A DNA stretch of 64,000 nt, taken from positions 832,001 to 896,000 of the forward strand of contig CAWGZR010000005.1 in assembly GCA_963827165.1 (NCBI GenBank), given 5' to 3'. This document shows positions 1 to 9,595 of this stretch, piece after piece. The notes under the pieces are model-generated. The model saw nothing but the letters and a program-made list of their open reading frames with translations, was not told where the DNA came from and did no database searches. Made by a program: the position numbers and the translations under genes. Position 1 is the stretch's first letter; every line of letters begins with the position of its first letter. Source of the DNA: Candidatus Bathyarchaeota archaeon. GTDB lineage: Archaea; Thermoproteota; Bathyarchaeia; Bathyarchaeales; Bathycorpusculaceae.

Positions 1-1
1 T

Positions 2-79
2 AATGAATCAATCGAAAAAATCCGTATGGTTGAAGGCATAGTTAAAACCAACACAATGATTGTCCTGCGCAGTTCATGA
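2..79 (+). CDS. 3' end of probable Lrp/AsnC ligand-binding-domain protein (cut by window edge)
   Basis: Frame reads NESIEKIRMVEGIVKTNTMIVLRSS*, resembling the Lrp/AsnC C-terminal 'ir.i.Gv..t.T.iv' pattern. Confidence 0.55.
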   Translation, partial: NESIEKIRMVEGIVKTNTMIVLRSS

Positions 80-218
80 TAGAAACGTCCTTGATTTTGT
101 GATGGCCATGGAGTTTTTCTTAGAACTGTTGCCACGTTGAACAAACAGGAAGTTAAAGATAGAATCAATAATGCTTATTAAGATTCACTATACAATTGTT
201 TTTTGGAAGAGAGCAGAT

Positions 219-863
219 ATGAATGAAAAACTGCAAGAAAGCGCTCAATACCTCAGATGCTTCAACAACCTGGAAATGGAGTCTTTCCGTGTTTACGAAG
301 CGTTATCTAAGAAAATAAACCAGCCTGAAAGCAGCTTCCTCTTGGGGTTAGCTTATGACAGTCTCAAATGCTCAAAAATAATTCAAGGAATACTTTCCCA
401 CGTTGATCTCTCGGAAATCGAAGGTGCGGAATGCAAAAAAGAAATAGCGGAATTAGCCAGGGAAATCTCAACGCTTACCAAAATAGTATCTACCATCAAC
501 AATTTGAATCCCCTGATTAGCTGCGAAATACTAAGCGAACTAATCAACATGGAAGACCTCTTAAACGAAACCTACACAACTTACATTCAATCGTCCGCGA
601 CGAAGTTTGTCGCCGATGAATTTTCGGCGCTGATCCCGCAAAGCTCAAACAATTTCAAGAGAATCTTTGATTCCTTCGTGGAGGAAAAAGAAGAGCATCG
701 CCGAACCCTCATTGAAGTCATCTACAGTCTAGAATCCAAAGAAGCTGAAAAAATCCGACATGTGTCACCCGTCGTGAAATACCAAAACCCAGACGTATGG
801 TACCACGAGTCAACCATCCACGCCTTTACAAGAATACCCGTAAGAGCAAAAGCGCAACCTTAA
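219..863 (+). CDS. hypothetical helical protein, possibly ferritin-like
   Basis: ORF 171..863, likely start ATG 219. Has LEMESFRVYEALS and EEKEEHRRTL (ExxH-like) segments. Confidence 0.55.
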   Translation: MNEKLQESAQYLRCFNNLEMESFRVYEALSKKINQPESSFLLGLAYDSLKCSKIIQGILSHVDLSEIEGAECKKEIAELAREISTLTKIVSTINNLNPLISCEILSELINMEDLLNETYTTYIQSSATKFVADEFSALIPQSSNNFKRIFDSFVEEKEEHRRTLIEVIYSLESKEAEKIRHVSPVVKYQNPDVWYHESTIHAFTRIPVRAKAQP

Positions 864-1310
864 GCCGAGTAGCCCCAATCAGCCTCCGCCTTTTCTTTTT
901 TATTTGGCATTTGCCTCATCGTTTTTTGAACGCTCAAATATATGGCATCAAGAGATAGATACACAAGAATAGGCGCGATGATAGTTCAGTGTGTGTAACA
1001 TCACCTAGTGACTATATGCGCTTTATTTACGCCAAATATGATTCAACATACTTTCACATAGAAATTGAATCGCGTTGTTGCATGCTGAACTGATGCCCTT
1101 TAACATATCAAACGTTGCTTTTCACCTTGAAATAATGGTGGTTCTTGAGGTTAACATGGGGCTGCTTGTGGTCTCGTAATTGGGTGAAAGTTTAGTTTTG
1201 TGATTTTTGGCTTTGGGTCGTTTTTCACTTTCACTTACGCCTCCCCTACCCTGCATTGTAGTTTCTCAGTTCGCCTTTTAACCAAGACTAAAAGATAACG
1301 TGACTCACAG

Positions 1311-1556
1311 GTGATTCAGATCAAAAAGAAAACAGTACTGCTAGCTACGCAGGAAGACCTCGAGGTCGATTTGACGCTTCACGATGTCCCAGCCTCTCTT
1401 CTCAGCGAGTTTGCAGAAAAAATTGTAGGACCCTACTACAGAGGCAACTTGAACGCTGCCGTTCAAGACCTAATAGGCAAAGCCCTGTCCGAACAAGAAT
1501 TTATCCACTCGCACATAACCCACATCAAAAGTCCCACCGACTCCGGAAGGAAGTAG
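1311..1556 (+). CDS. small hypothetical protein (possible ribbon-helix-helix DNA-binding fold)
   Basis: 81 aa; short beta segment followed by two amphipathic helices (..GNLNAAVQDLIGKAL..). Confidence 0.45.
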   Translation: MIQIKKKTVLLATQEDLEVDLTLHDVPASLLSEFAEKIVGPYYRGNLNAAVQDLIGKALSEQEFIHSHITHIKSPTDSGRK

Positions 1557-1558
1557 CC

Positions 1559-2293
1559 CTAAAAACTAAAAGCGGTTCCGCCTATCTTTTTCCGCTGAAT
1601 TTTCTCAAGACCGCTTTCTTTTCCAAGATAAACAATATCTGTTAACCCGACAAAAAAGCCTGTTTCGACTACCCCTGGAATCATTTTCACCTTGGCATCC
1701 AACTCGGCTGGCGAGGCGATTTCGCCGAAATAAACATCTAAGATAACATTGCCGTTGTCGGTTATTGTTGGACCAAGTTTGCCTTTCCCTTCGCGCAGAA
1801 CAGGTTGACCTCCAATGCACGCGATTTTTCGTTTCACAAGTGAAATCCCGAATGGCAAGACCTCTACGGGTACACCTTGCTTTTTTTCTCCGAGCAACTT
1901 CACCTTTTTTTGTTCGTCCGCTATTATAACGTTCAGTTTTGAGGCTGCTGCAACAATTTTTTCCCTTGCCAAAGCCGCTCCCATGCCCTTGATAAGATAT
2001 AATTCGGGGGTTACTTGGTCTGCGCCGTCGATTGTTACATCGACTTCGGGGTGCTCATCCAAGGTTGTAACTGGGATCCCGCATTTGACCGCAAGCAGGA
2101 AAGCTTGGTACGAAGTGGGGATACCCATGAGATGTAGGTTTTCGCTTTTCGCTCTTTCGCCTAAAGCTTCTATGGCAAAGGCGGCTGTGCTTCCACTGCC
2201 TAAACCAACAATGAAGCCATCCTCAATGTGTTTAACCGCGGCTAACGCTGCATTCCGTTTTTGCTCTTGTATTGGGTCAAGGTTAACTTTCAA
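1559..2293 (-). CDS. rpiA: ribose-5-phosphate isomerase A
   Basis: Motifs GLGSGST, DGADQV, KGMGAALAREKI, TDNGN, PGVVETG. Confidence 0.97.
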   Translation of the reverse strand: MKVNLDPIQEQKRNAALAAVKHIEDGFIVGLGSGSTAAFAIEALGERAKSENLHLMGIPTSYQAFLLAVKCGIPVTTLDEHPEVDVTIDGADQVTPELYLIKGMGAALAREKIVAAASKLNVIIADEQKKVKLLGEKKQGVPVEVLPFGISLVKRKIACIGGQPVLREGKGKLGPTITDNGNVILDVYFGEIASPAELDAKVKMIPGVVETGFFVGLTDIVYLGKESGLEKIQRKKIGGTAFSF

Positions 2294-3038
2294 TTTCCAT
2301 CTGCCCCAGCTTGTCTAAAACCTTCTCCACTTCACTTCTAATCGAGTCAATCCGTTTCTCAGACTCGGTTTTTTGGTCGGGCTTTTCTTCAGGAGGTTTG
2401 CGTTTCCTCTTTTGCTTTTCCTCGCCCGTGGGTTCTGTTGCTTCCTCTCCTTCCTCCTCATCGCTCTTCTCCATCTGGGCAGCAGGAGTGGGGGTGGGCA
2501 TTTTAATTGGAATTTCCTTTATAGGCTTAACATCTATTCGGGTTCTTAGCTCCTCAACTTTTGAGGTTATGTCGCTGAAGCGTTCGCTGAAAAGCTTCAT
2601 CAGGTCTTCCTGCATGCTTTCCAAGTCGTGAAGCGCCACTATGGATTCGTCTTTCGAAATGGATTCCTTAATTGCCGCCATCCTTGAGGTGTAGGTAGAT
2701 TGAAGCTTCTCTCGTTCTGCTTCTGTGATTTTTCCTTCACTTTGAGCCTCGTAAAGGCGGCGGATGGCGTCACCTAGAATATCGCGTTCCAAATCAAGCA
2801 TGCGCAATTCGTCTTTAGCTGTGGACGCGGTTGATGCCTGAACGCTCTTAGAAATCTTAAAAGGTGCACTTGTCGGGATAAGTCCTAAATCACTCGTCAT
2901 TGACCGCGGCTTTTGTGGGTTTTTGCTTGGCAACCCTTTGGGCCCCGTGCGTCGCATAGCGAAAATGACCACTCCGCATGCGGCGATTATTACTACAGCA
3001 ACTGCAGTTACTGTTAACGGGTCGTCGTACCAAGCCAT
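2283..3038 (-). CDS. hypothetical membrane-anchored coiled-coil protein
   Basis: N-terminal TM helix, charged coiled-coil body and acidic linker; overlaps the rpiA start. Confidence 0.7.
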   Translation of the reverse strand: MAWYDDPLTVTAVAVVIIAACGVVIFAMRRTGPKGLPSKNPQKPRSMTSDLGLIPTSAPFKISKSVQASTASTAKDELRMLDLERDILGDAIRRLYEAQSEGKITEAEREKLQSTYTSRMAAIKESISKDESIVALHDLESMQEDLMKLFSERFSDITSKVEELRTRIDVKPIKEIPIKMPTPTPAAQMEKSDEEEGEEATEPTGEEKQKRKRKPPEEKPDQKTESEKRIDSIRSEVEKVLDKLGQMEIES

Positions 3039-3139
3039 GCCTAGCTGTCCTCGGTATCTTGATTATGTACCATTAATATATAAATTATACAAATTCCCGC
3101 GGATTTCCCGGCTTGTGCTCCAACAAAAAAGCCTTTTTT

Positions 3140-3970
3140 TTATTTTTGTTCGTCTAATGTTTTCAGCATACTTCCCGACTGGTAGCCTTCGAGATCAAAC
3201 GTCACGTATTTGAAACCAAGGTTCTTCAAGGCCTCATTTACGTTGTCCAAAACTTTAATGTTGCAAAAGACGTTTCGTTCTGTTTTTGCTACTTCTATTC
3301 TGGCTAAGCCGTTGTGGGCCCTCACCCTAACCTGCTTAACACCTGTTAACGCTTTAACGGCTTGCTCTGCCTTGTCGACTCGATTCAATTTGTCAGCAGT
3401 TATTCTCTCGTTAAAGGGTATCCTCGATGCTAAACATGCCAAGGCAGGCTTGTCATGAACGCTCACTCCAATTTGTTTTGCCACTTGCCGAATTTCGCTT
3501 TTGCTGAATTTATTAAGCATCCAAGGGCTGCAGACATTTTTTGCTTCTTTCACTGCTTGAAAGCCTGGTCTGTGATCGTTTAGATCGGAGAAGTTTGTGC
3601 CTTCAAAAACGGTTTTGAACCCGAGTTCATGTGCAAAGTCTGTCAAGTTTTTGAGCAATTCTTTCTTGCAGTAATAACATCGATTTTCAGGGTTCCGGCT
3701 GAAATCCTCGTTAGATAACTCGTCAGTTTCAATGATAAAAAGTTTGATACCTATTTCTTTGGCTACTCTATTGGCGTCCTCGAGCTCTTCAGACGTGTAA
3801 GTTGGAGACTTCGCAGTGACAGCCACAACTTTGTCGCCCAGAACCTTATGGCTAACCGCTGCCAATGTTGAGCTGTCTACACCTCCAGAGAAAGCCACGA
3901 CAACGCCCTCTTTTCCAGTTTGTCTTATGAAACATCTGAGTCGCTCTATTTTGTCGCTTAACTCTGTCAC
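3140..3970 (-). CDS. larE: NPN cofactor ATP-dependent sulfur transferase LarE
   Basis: PP-loop AFSGGVDSS, NRCYYCK, DHRPG, PALACLASRIP, VRVR motifs. Confidence 0.93.
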   Translation of the reverse strand: MTELSDKIERLRCFIRQTGKEGVVVAFSGGVDSSTLAAVSHKVLGDKVVAVTAKSPTYTSEELEDANRVAKEIGIKLFIIETDELSNEDFSRNPENRCYYCKKELLKNLTDFAHELGFKTVFEGTNFSDLNDHRPGFQAVKEAKNVCSPWMLNKFSKSEIRQVAKQIGVSVHDKPALACLASRIPFNERITADKLNRVDKAEQAVKALTGVKQVRVRAHNGLARIEVAKTERNVFCNIKVLDNVNEALKNLGFKYVTFDLEGYQSGSMLKTLDEQK

Positions 3971-3975
3971 GCAGA

Positions 3976-5229
3976 TTACCTGTTTTCGATGAAGACTTCT
4001 CGCGCCTTTGAAACGGCCATTTCAGCAAGTTCGCGGAGCGGCTTTTTGGTTTTTTCGGCCAACTTTTTAAGGTCCTCATACTCGGGTTTTATTCTAATGA
4101 TACTCCCATTGGAGTCTTTTGCGATTTTAACGCTAACTATCTCCTTTGTTCCGCCGACAAGTATTTCCACAGAGAGTGATTCTCTGTTGATAATGTGCCT
4201 TTCGCAAAGATAAGCTCGGACGCCCAGTGTTCCTGTCTCTTCAATCAACACGCGGGATAGTCGATTGGCGTCTTTTTGGTCAGCAAAAACCTTTATGATT
4301 TGTCCAGGCCTGTTCTTTTTAGTCAACATTGGAATGACGCTTACATCCTTTGCTCCTTCTGAGATAAGCCTGTCAATGGTGTGACCCACGATTTCTCCCG
4401 AAACATCGTCAACGTTAGTTTCTAGCACCGCAATCTGGTCCTGAATCAAGTAGTTCTCTAAAGATTTCCCCATGACTATTCTTAGAACATTTGGGATTTC
4501 AGGGAAATCCTTTCCACCTGCGCCGTAACCGACTTTCAACGGAGCCATTTCAGGATAAAAACGGTTTACTTCATTTGCCAAATTTACAATTAACGAGGCG
4601 CCAGTAGGAGTAGCTAACTCTGACTCCACGGGTCCGCCTTTGATCGGGAAATTTTTTGATTGAAAAATAGCCAATGCCGCCGGTGAGGGGCTCGAGACTG
4701 TGCCGTGCGAGAACTGGAAGAGTCCTCCGCCAACGGACACGGGGGTTGCAACGATTTTCGCGTCGAAGAAACCGAGATCGTCCATGGCGACAGCTGAGCC
4801 GAGTATTTCGGCGGCGGTGTCAACCAATCCGACTTCATGCAGATGCGCTTCGGCTAAATGGTGCCCATGAAGATTCGCTTCAGCTTCAACTAGCGTAAGT
4901 ATAACGTTCGAGGCGAACCGCTTTGCCTTTGCGGAGAGAACTATTTTCTCAGCCGTTTTTTCAACTATCTCGACTAATTGGTGGCCATCCTTTGGTGTTT
5001 TTCCTTCGGCGGTGACGTCCACTTTGGTCGCCCGAAAGCCCTTTCGCATAACATGCTCGACGCTCACAGCAACGTTATTATAGCCGTATTCTGAGCTTTC
5101 CAAACACATTATAGCGGAAATAACTTTATCCTTGCTTGCACCGAGATCCAGTAACGCACCCAGCATCATGTCTCCCGCAACGCCAGCGACTTGACAGTCA
5201 ACTATAACTATTTTAGAAAAATCAGTCAT
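3976..5229 (-). CDS. larC: NPN cofactor nickel insertase LarC
   Basis: GVAGDMMLGALLDLG, HLHEVG, ELATPTGA, LETNVDD, TKKNRPG, ETGTLGVR, KPEYED. Confidence 0.95.
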   Translation of the reverse strand: MTDFSKIVIVDCQVAGVAGDMMLGALLDLGASKDKVISAIMCLESSEYGYNNVAVSVEHVMRKGFRATKVDVTAEGKTPKDGHQLVEIVEKTAEKIVLSAKAKRFASNVILTLVEAEANLHGHHLAEAHLHEVGLVDTAAEILGSAVAMDDLGFFDAKIVATPVSVGGGLFQFSHGTVSSPSPAALAIFQSKNFPIKGGPVESELATPTGASLIVNLANEVNRFYPEMAPLKVGYGAGGKDFPEIPNVLRIVMGKSLENYLIQDQIAVLETNVDDVSGEIVGHTIDRLISEGAKDVSVIPMLTKKNRPGQIIKVFADQKDANRLSRVLIEETGTLGVRAYLCERHIINRESLSVEILVGGTKEIVSVKIAKDSNGSIIRIKPEYEDLKKLAEKTKKPLRELAEMAVSKAREVFIENR

Positions 5230-5307
5230 TGGGTTTCAACCGCTTGCTAATATTAAAAAAGGCAAAAACGATATATTACTTGTGGTTCTAAGGCAGGTGA
5301 CTGAGTT

Positions 5308-6093
5308 ATGAGCGCATTGAAGGATATTTTGGAAAAAACTGCTAAAGGCAAGTTAACGGTTGAAGAAGCAGAGAAACTCGTCCGTTTGCAAGCTATCGCT
5401 GAACTTGAAGGAATGGCGAAAATCGATTTTAACAGAGAACAAAGAAAAGGCATTCCTGAAGTAATCTTGGCAGAAAACAAGACACCGTCGGATGTGGTTG
5501 ACATTACCCTGCGTATGATGGGTGAATGCGGGCGGGTTATAGTCAGTAGGTGCAGCCAACTGCAAATTCAAACGCTAAAAGATTCGTTACCTAACGGCGC
5601 TCTGATCGAGGTGAATGACAAAGCAAGGATAGCTGTGGTAAAAACTAAGGGGTTTTCGGTAAAGAAGACTGGCGGTAAAGTTGGGATTTTGACGGCGGGT
5701 ACTTCTGACATTCCTGTGGCTGAGGAGGCGAGGGTTATTTCTGAGCAAATGGGCTGCGAAGTTTACGCGTCATACGATTTAGGAGTAGCGGGTATCCACA
5801 GGTTGTTGACTCCGTTGAAGGATTTAATCACCAAGGATGTTGACGTAGTCATTGTTGTTGCAGGCAGGGAAGGTGCATTATGCTCTGTCGTCGCGGGTAT
5901 GGTTAATGTTCCTGTAGTTGCGGTTCCAACCTCTAACAGCTACGGGTTTGGCGAAAAAGGTGTTAGCACTCTTATGGCTATGCTGCAGTCATGCTCATTG
6001 GGGTTGTCTGTTGTTAACATTGACGCGGGAGTTGCCGCGGGTGCAGCAGCAACAATGATTGCTAATCGAGTAGCCAAATTTCGAGAGAAATAG
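5308..6093 (+). CDS. larB: NPN cofactor carboxylase/hydrolase LarB
   Basis: REQRKGIPEVI, AGTSDIPVAEEA, DLGVAGIHRL, AGREGAL, AVPTSNSYG, VVNID. Confidence 0.95.
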   Translation: MSALKDILEKTAKGKLTVEEAEKLVRLQAIAELEGMAKIDFNREQRKGIPEVILAENKTPSDVVDITLRMMGECGRVIVSRCSQLQIQTLKDSLPNGALIEVNDKARIAVVKTKGFSVKKTGGKVGILTAGTSDIPVAEEARVISEQMGCEVYASYDLGVAGIHRLLTPLKDLITKDVDVVIVVAGREGALCSVVAGMVNVPVVAVPTSNSYGFGEKGVSTLMAMLQSCSLGLSVVNIDAGVAAGAAATMIANRVAKFREK

Positions 6094-6216
6094 TATGTGA
6101 TGATTTTTCGAGGGAAATTTCAACATTGAGTTTTCCGCTAAAGAGTATGATTTATCTTTAACAAGTTACCATTTGCTGTTTAGGTAGAGAGGGCGTATTT
6201 GTGAGTTTGAAGAGAA

Positions 6217-7458
6217 ATGGTTGCGTCAGAGAGAACTAGGCTTGCAGTCTTCGATGTTGAAGGCGTTCTGATCCCGAAAAACCGCTTCTTTTTTGAAGTT
6301 GGAAAACGGTTGGGATTTACCAGTCTGAGTAAAGCTTCTTTTCTTCGGATTACTCTACGAAGCAGGTATCCTTAGGCTTGATTCAGTGCTAAAGCACCTG
6401 TTTGGCGAAGCGAAAGGGGTTAAGATAGAAGTTCTGATGGAAATCTTCGAAAAAATCTCGTCAACAACTTACCTCAAAGGTATATTTTCGCAGCTAAAGG
6501 CGAGAAACTGCAAAATCGCTCTGATAAGCTCTGGATTGCCAACGGTTGTTGTTAAGAGATTAGCTGACGCGGTAGGTGCCCAGTACGCCTACGGCGTTGA
6601 AGTTGAAACTGCAGATGGCAAGTTAACGGGGAAAATCTGGGGAGACGCAATTCAGCCTTCCGGAAAACTGAAGATTCTTGCGCAAATATTAACCGCTGAG
6701 AACCTGAGGCTGAGGGACTGCATTGTTGTCGCCGATGATAGAAACAACCGCTGCCTTTTCTTGCCTGGAATGCTGAAGATCGGTTTTAACGCTGATTTTG
6801 TAATACGTGTTAAAGCTGACAGAGTTATAAACGGCAAACTTGCAGCAATTATTCCGATAATCGATGGGAAACCGAGAAAACGTTCATTTCCGTCAAGGAA
6901 CGATCTTGTCCGCGAAGATATCCACGCCTCAGGGGTTTTCATGCCCGTTGTCGCCAGTCTTGTCGGTGTACCCTTAGTTGGGACTTTGATTTTTCTCATT
7001 GCATTGGTCTACACTATTTCTGAGCTTTGGCGTCTAGAGGGAAAGGAGTTGACTTTTGTCTCGGCAGTGACACGTCACGCTGCATCTCAGTCTGAACTAC
7101 ACGGCTTCGCGGCGGCGCCACTTTATTTTGCCGGGGGCATCCTGTTTACTCTGGTTGCTTTTCCGCTCCAGCAAACTACGCTGCAATCGGTATGTTTTGC
7201 CTAGGCGACAGCACGGCGTCGCTTTTCGGCGGCTTAGTCTCAAATTCTTTGCCGTTTAACAAGGGAAAAACTTGGGAAGGATCATTAGCAGGATTTTTCT
7301 TCGCTTTTTTAGCCGGAATGCTCTTCTTGCCAACTCATCCGCTTGTAGCTCTTGTGGGCGCAGCTATCGCGATGACTGTTGAAGTTCTTCCTCTGCCGAT
7401 AAACGATAATTTATTGATCCCAATTATCACGGGCGCAGCATTGACATTACTCATCTAA
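6217..7458 (+). CDS. HAD-family (SerB/ThrH-like) domain fused to a dolichol/phytol kinase-like CTP-transferase membrane domain; two frameshifts
   Basis: ATG 6217 gives MVASERTRLAVFDVEGVLIPK. ORF 6386 continues with ISSG and REDIH. ORF 7192 has GDSTASLFG, KGKTWEGS, INDNLLIP. Confidence 0.75.
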
Positions 7459-7720
7459 GGCAGTCACTGCTTTTAGGTAATCCACTACGAAATGTTTCTT
7501 GCCTCTTTTCGCTACCGTGTGTCCTTCCTGCTCTAAGCTGCTTTTGAATTTCTGCTCCGCCTGGGTACTTTTCATTTAGGACCCTGCCTGTTTTCAGTGT
7601 TCGCCAGTATGGGGTAATATCAATTGTGCCTTGTTGTTTTTTTTCTTCGGCTGCGTGGGCTGCTATCCAAGCGAAAATCCCCGTTGTCAAAGGGCAGCCG
7701 ATTGTCGAATGCTTAGTTTG
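7451..7720 (-). pseudogene. truncated MGMT/ATL-like methylated-DNA-binding protein fragment
   Basis: IGCPLTTGIFAWIAA..TPYWRTLK..LNEKYPGG motifs; N-terminal half not found; C-terminus frameshifted. Confidence 0.55.
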
Positions 7721-7784
7721 CTTGGTCTAATCAAACTTTCTGCCAACTATGTTTTTAGTTCCAAAACTTGTGGCGCGTGGACAA

Positions 7785-8078
7785 TTATTTTTTGTTTTGG
7801 GCGTTGACCAGGTCGAGTTTCTGTTGGTGGTTTAGCTTTTTTATTTCTCTTTCACGTTTCATTGCTGCGCCTCGTGAACCAAATAGTTCCGTGTAAGCGA
7901 TTTTCTGCGGTTTGTGGGATCTGGTGTATTTTGCGCCGTTGCCGTTTTGGTGAAGTTTGGTTCTGGCATCTAAATCTTTGGTGTAACCCGTGTAGAATGT
8001 GCCGTCGCTGCAGAGCAGTATGTACACGCAAAACGACGTTGAGCTACTGCCCCCTAACCTCGCGCGGCATGTAGTCAT
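7785..8078 (-). CDS. GIY-YIG nuclease family protein (UPF0213/YazA-like)
   Basis: VYILLCSDGTFYTGYT, HQNGNGAKYT, AMKREREIKKL. Confidence 0.9.
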   Translation of the reverse strand: MTTCRARLGGSSSTSFCVYILLCSDGTFYTGYTKDLDARTKLHQNGNGAKYTRSHKPQKIAYTELFGSRGAAMKREREIKKLNHQQKLDLVNAQNKK

Positions 8079-8726
8079 AAACGATGCCTCTTTGAATGGC
8101 TCTTTTCAGGTAGGCTTCAGGATCGATTTCTTGGACTTTTGCGTGGTCAACGTCGATGATGTATATTTCGTGTATTCTCGCGTTCTTTATTTCTTCAAAA
8201 GTTACAGGAGGCTTCTGGTAGTAAGCGTCGCAGAGCTTTTTTATCTGCAGGATTTCCCAGTCTTCTCGATTTCTCGGCGGTTTCGCAAGTGCACGGGGAA
8301 AAGGCAGAATGTAGTGAGGTGGAACACCTAAGGCGAATTTTCCCGCGAAGCTGCTGTACCTAATGATTTTGCTTGCCAAACGTGCGGAAGTGTAAGTTAA
8401 CGGCGCCAGGGCGTTTTCAGGCGGGATAAACCCTGTTTCAACCTCAACAATAAGGTTTCCCAAGCCCTTTCGTGGCGTAGAGGTCGCAAGTTAAGATTTC
8501 GTTGAGGATATGTTCGATTTGGACCTCGTAGCCTTTTTCCACCAGGTACTTGGCGCATCCGAGCTCCATTACTGAATGGTTGATTTTCACGATGTTTTCT
8601 TTCCGCAGGCTTACAAGACAGTTTTTGAGGATGTTAAGCTTAGTTTTTGACTTGTTCATCAGAATCGCTTGTTAGTCTTGACAGATAAACCGTTAAATCT
8701 TCTTCGAACTCTTGCCTACTGCTCAT
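8044..8726 (-). CDS. conserved archaeal hypothetical protein with PD-(D/E)xK-like motif; two frameshifts
   Basis: ATG 8726 (MSSRQEFEEDL) joins ORFs 8444..8659 and 8044..8463, giving CDLYATKG..LIVEVETG. Confidence 0.6.
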
Positions 8727-9595
8727 TTACGCTTCCTTTCCAAATTGACCCGCCATGATTTACTTAAACTAATTGGTTTCAAAAAATATGAAATCAAAAT
8801 GCACGATTGTTGAATCATTTTGCAACCAATTAGGTATATATATAATTCCTGCCCATTTATACATGTCCAAGTTGAAGGGCAGGCTGAATCAGCTAAGCTT
8901 AGTTCGGTGTAAATATTAACTTCACCGCTTTGCGCTGTCTCGGCGAAAAGCAATCGGGACAAATTTTTCCCGTGGTTTAGTTAACAGCTGACTGAACTTC
9001 GCTAGTTGATCCGGCTTTGACTCAACTTGGTACATTTCTGCGCTTTTAGCATTAGCTTCTTCTTGCTGTGTTTTACCACAAAATATAGATCCCTTCCTCA
9101 GAGCAGAAGGATTATTCTCAGTTTCTCTCGCAGGCTGCTCTGTAGGTTCACTAAACGACTCTACCAAATAAATCTGTAAGTCGTTTGATGCGATTAAATT
9201 GAACTTAATGGTGCAAAATATCTCTTCTTTCTCTCATAATGAGGCTTGAATCGGGGTTGAATTTGCAAAATATTGCCAACCTGCGCCCGTATCTTACGAA
9301 AAAGTGAACGCGTGCACCAGGGTTTCGCGGGGACTTTTGAACTTGGGTGATGTCGATTTAATGGAAAAACGCAGGAACTTGACTACGTTCGTAAAAGCGG
9401 TCTGAGTTGCGAGCCCGCCGCCTTAAAACGTTTTTCAACAGCCACTCAGATATGGACCTAATTTATTCAGCTCTAACTATGGGTCAACATAGTTCAAGAT
9501 TCAGCTGTGCCTGCATTTTCAATATGAAAGGGAGTTTTTCAGATGGAAACCGATTTTTCCCTTCGCGTTCTAAACTTATGGTGCCCCCGCTTTTG

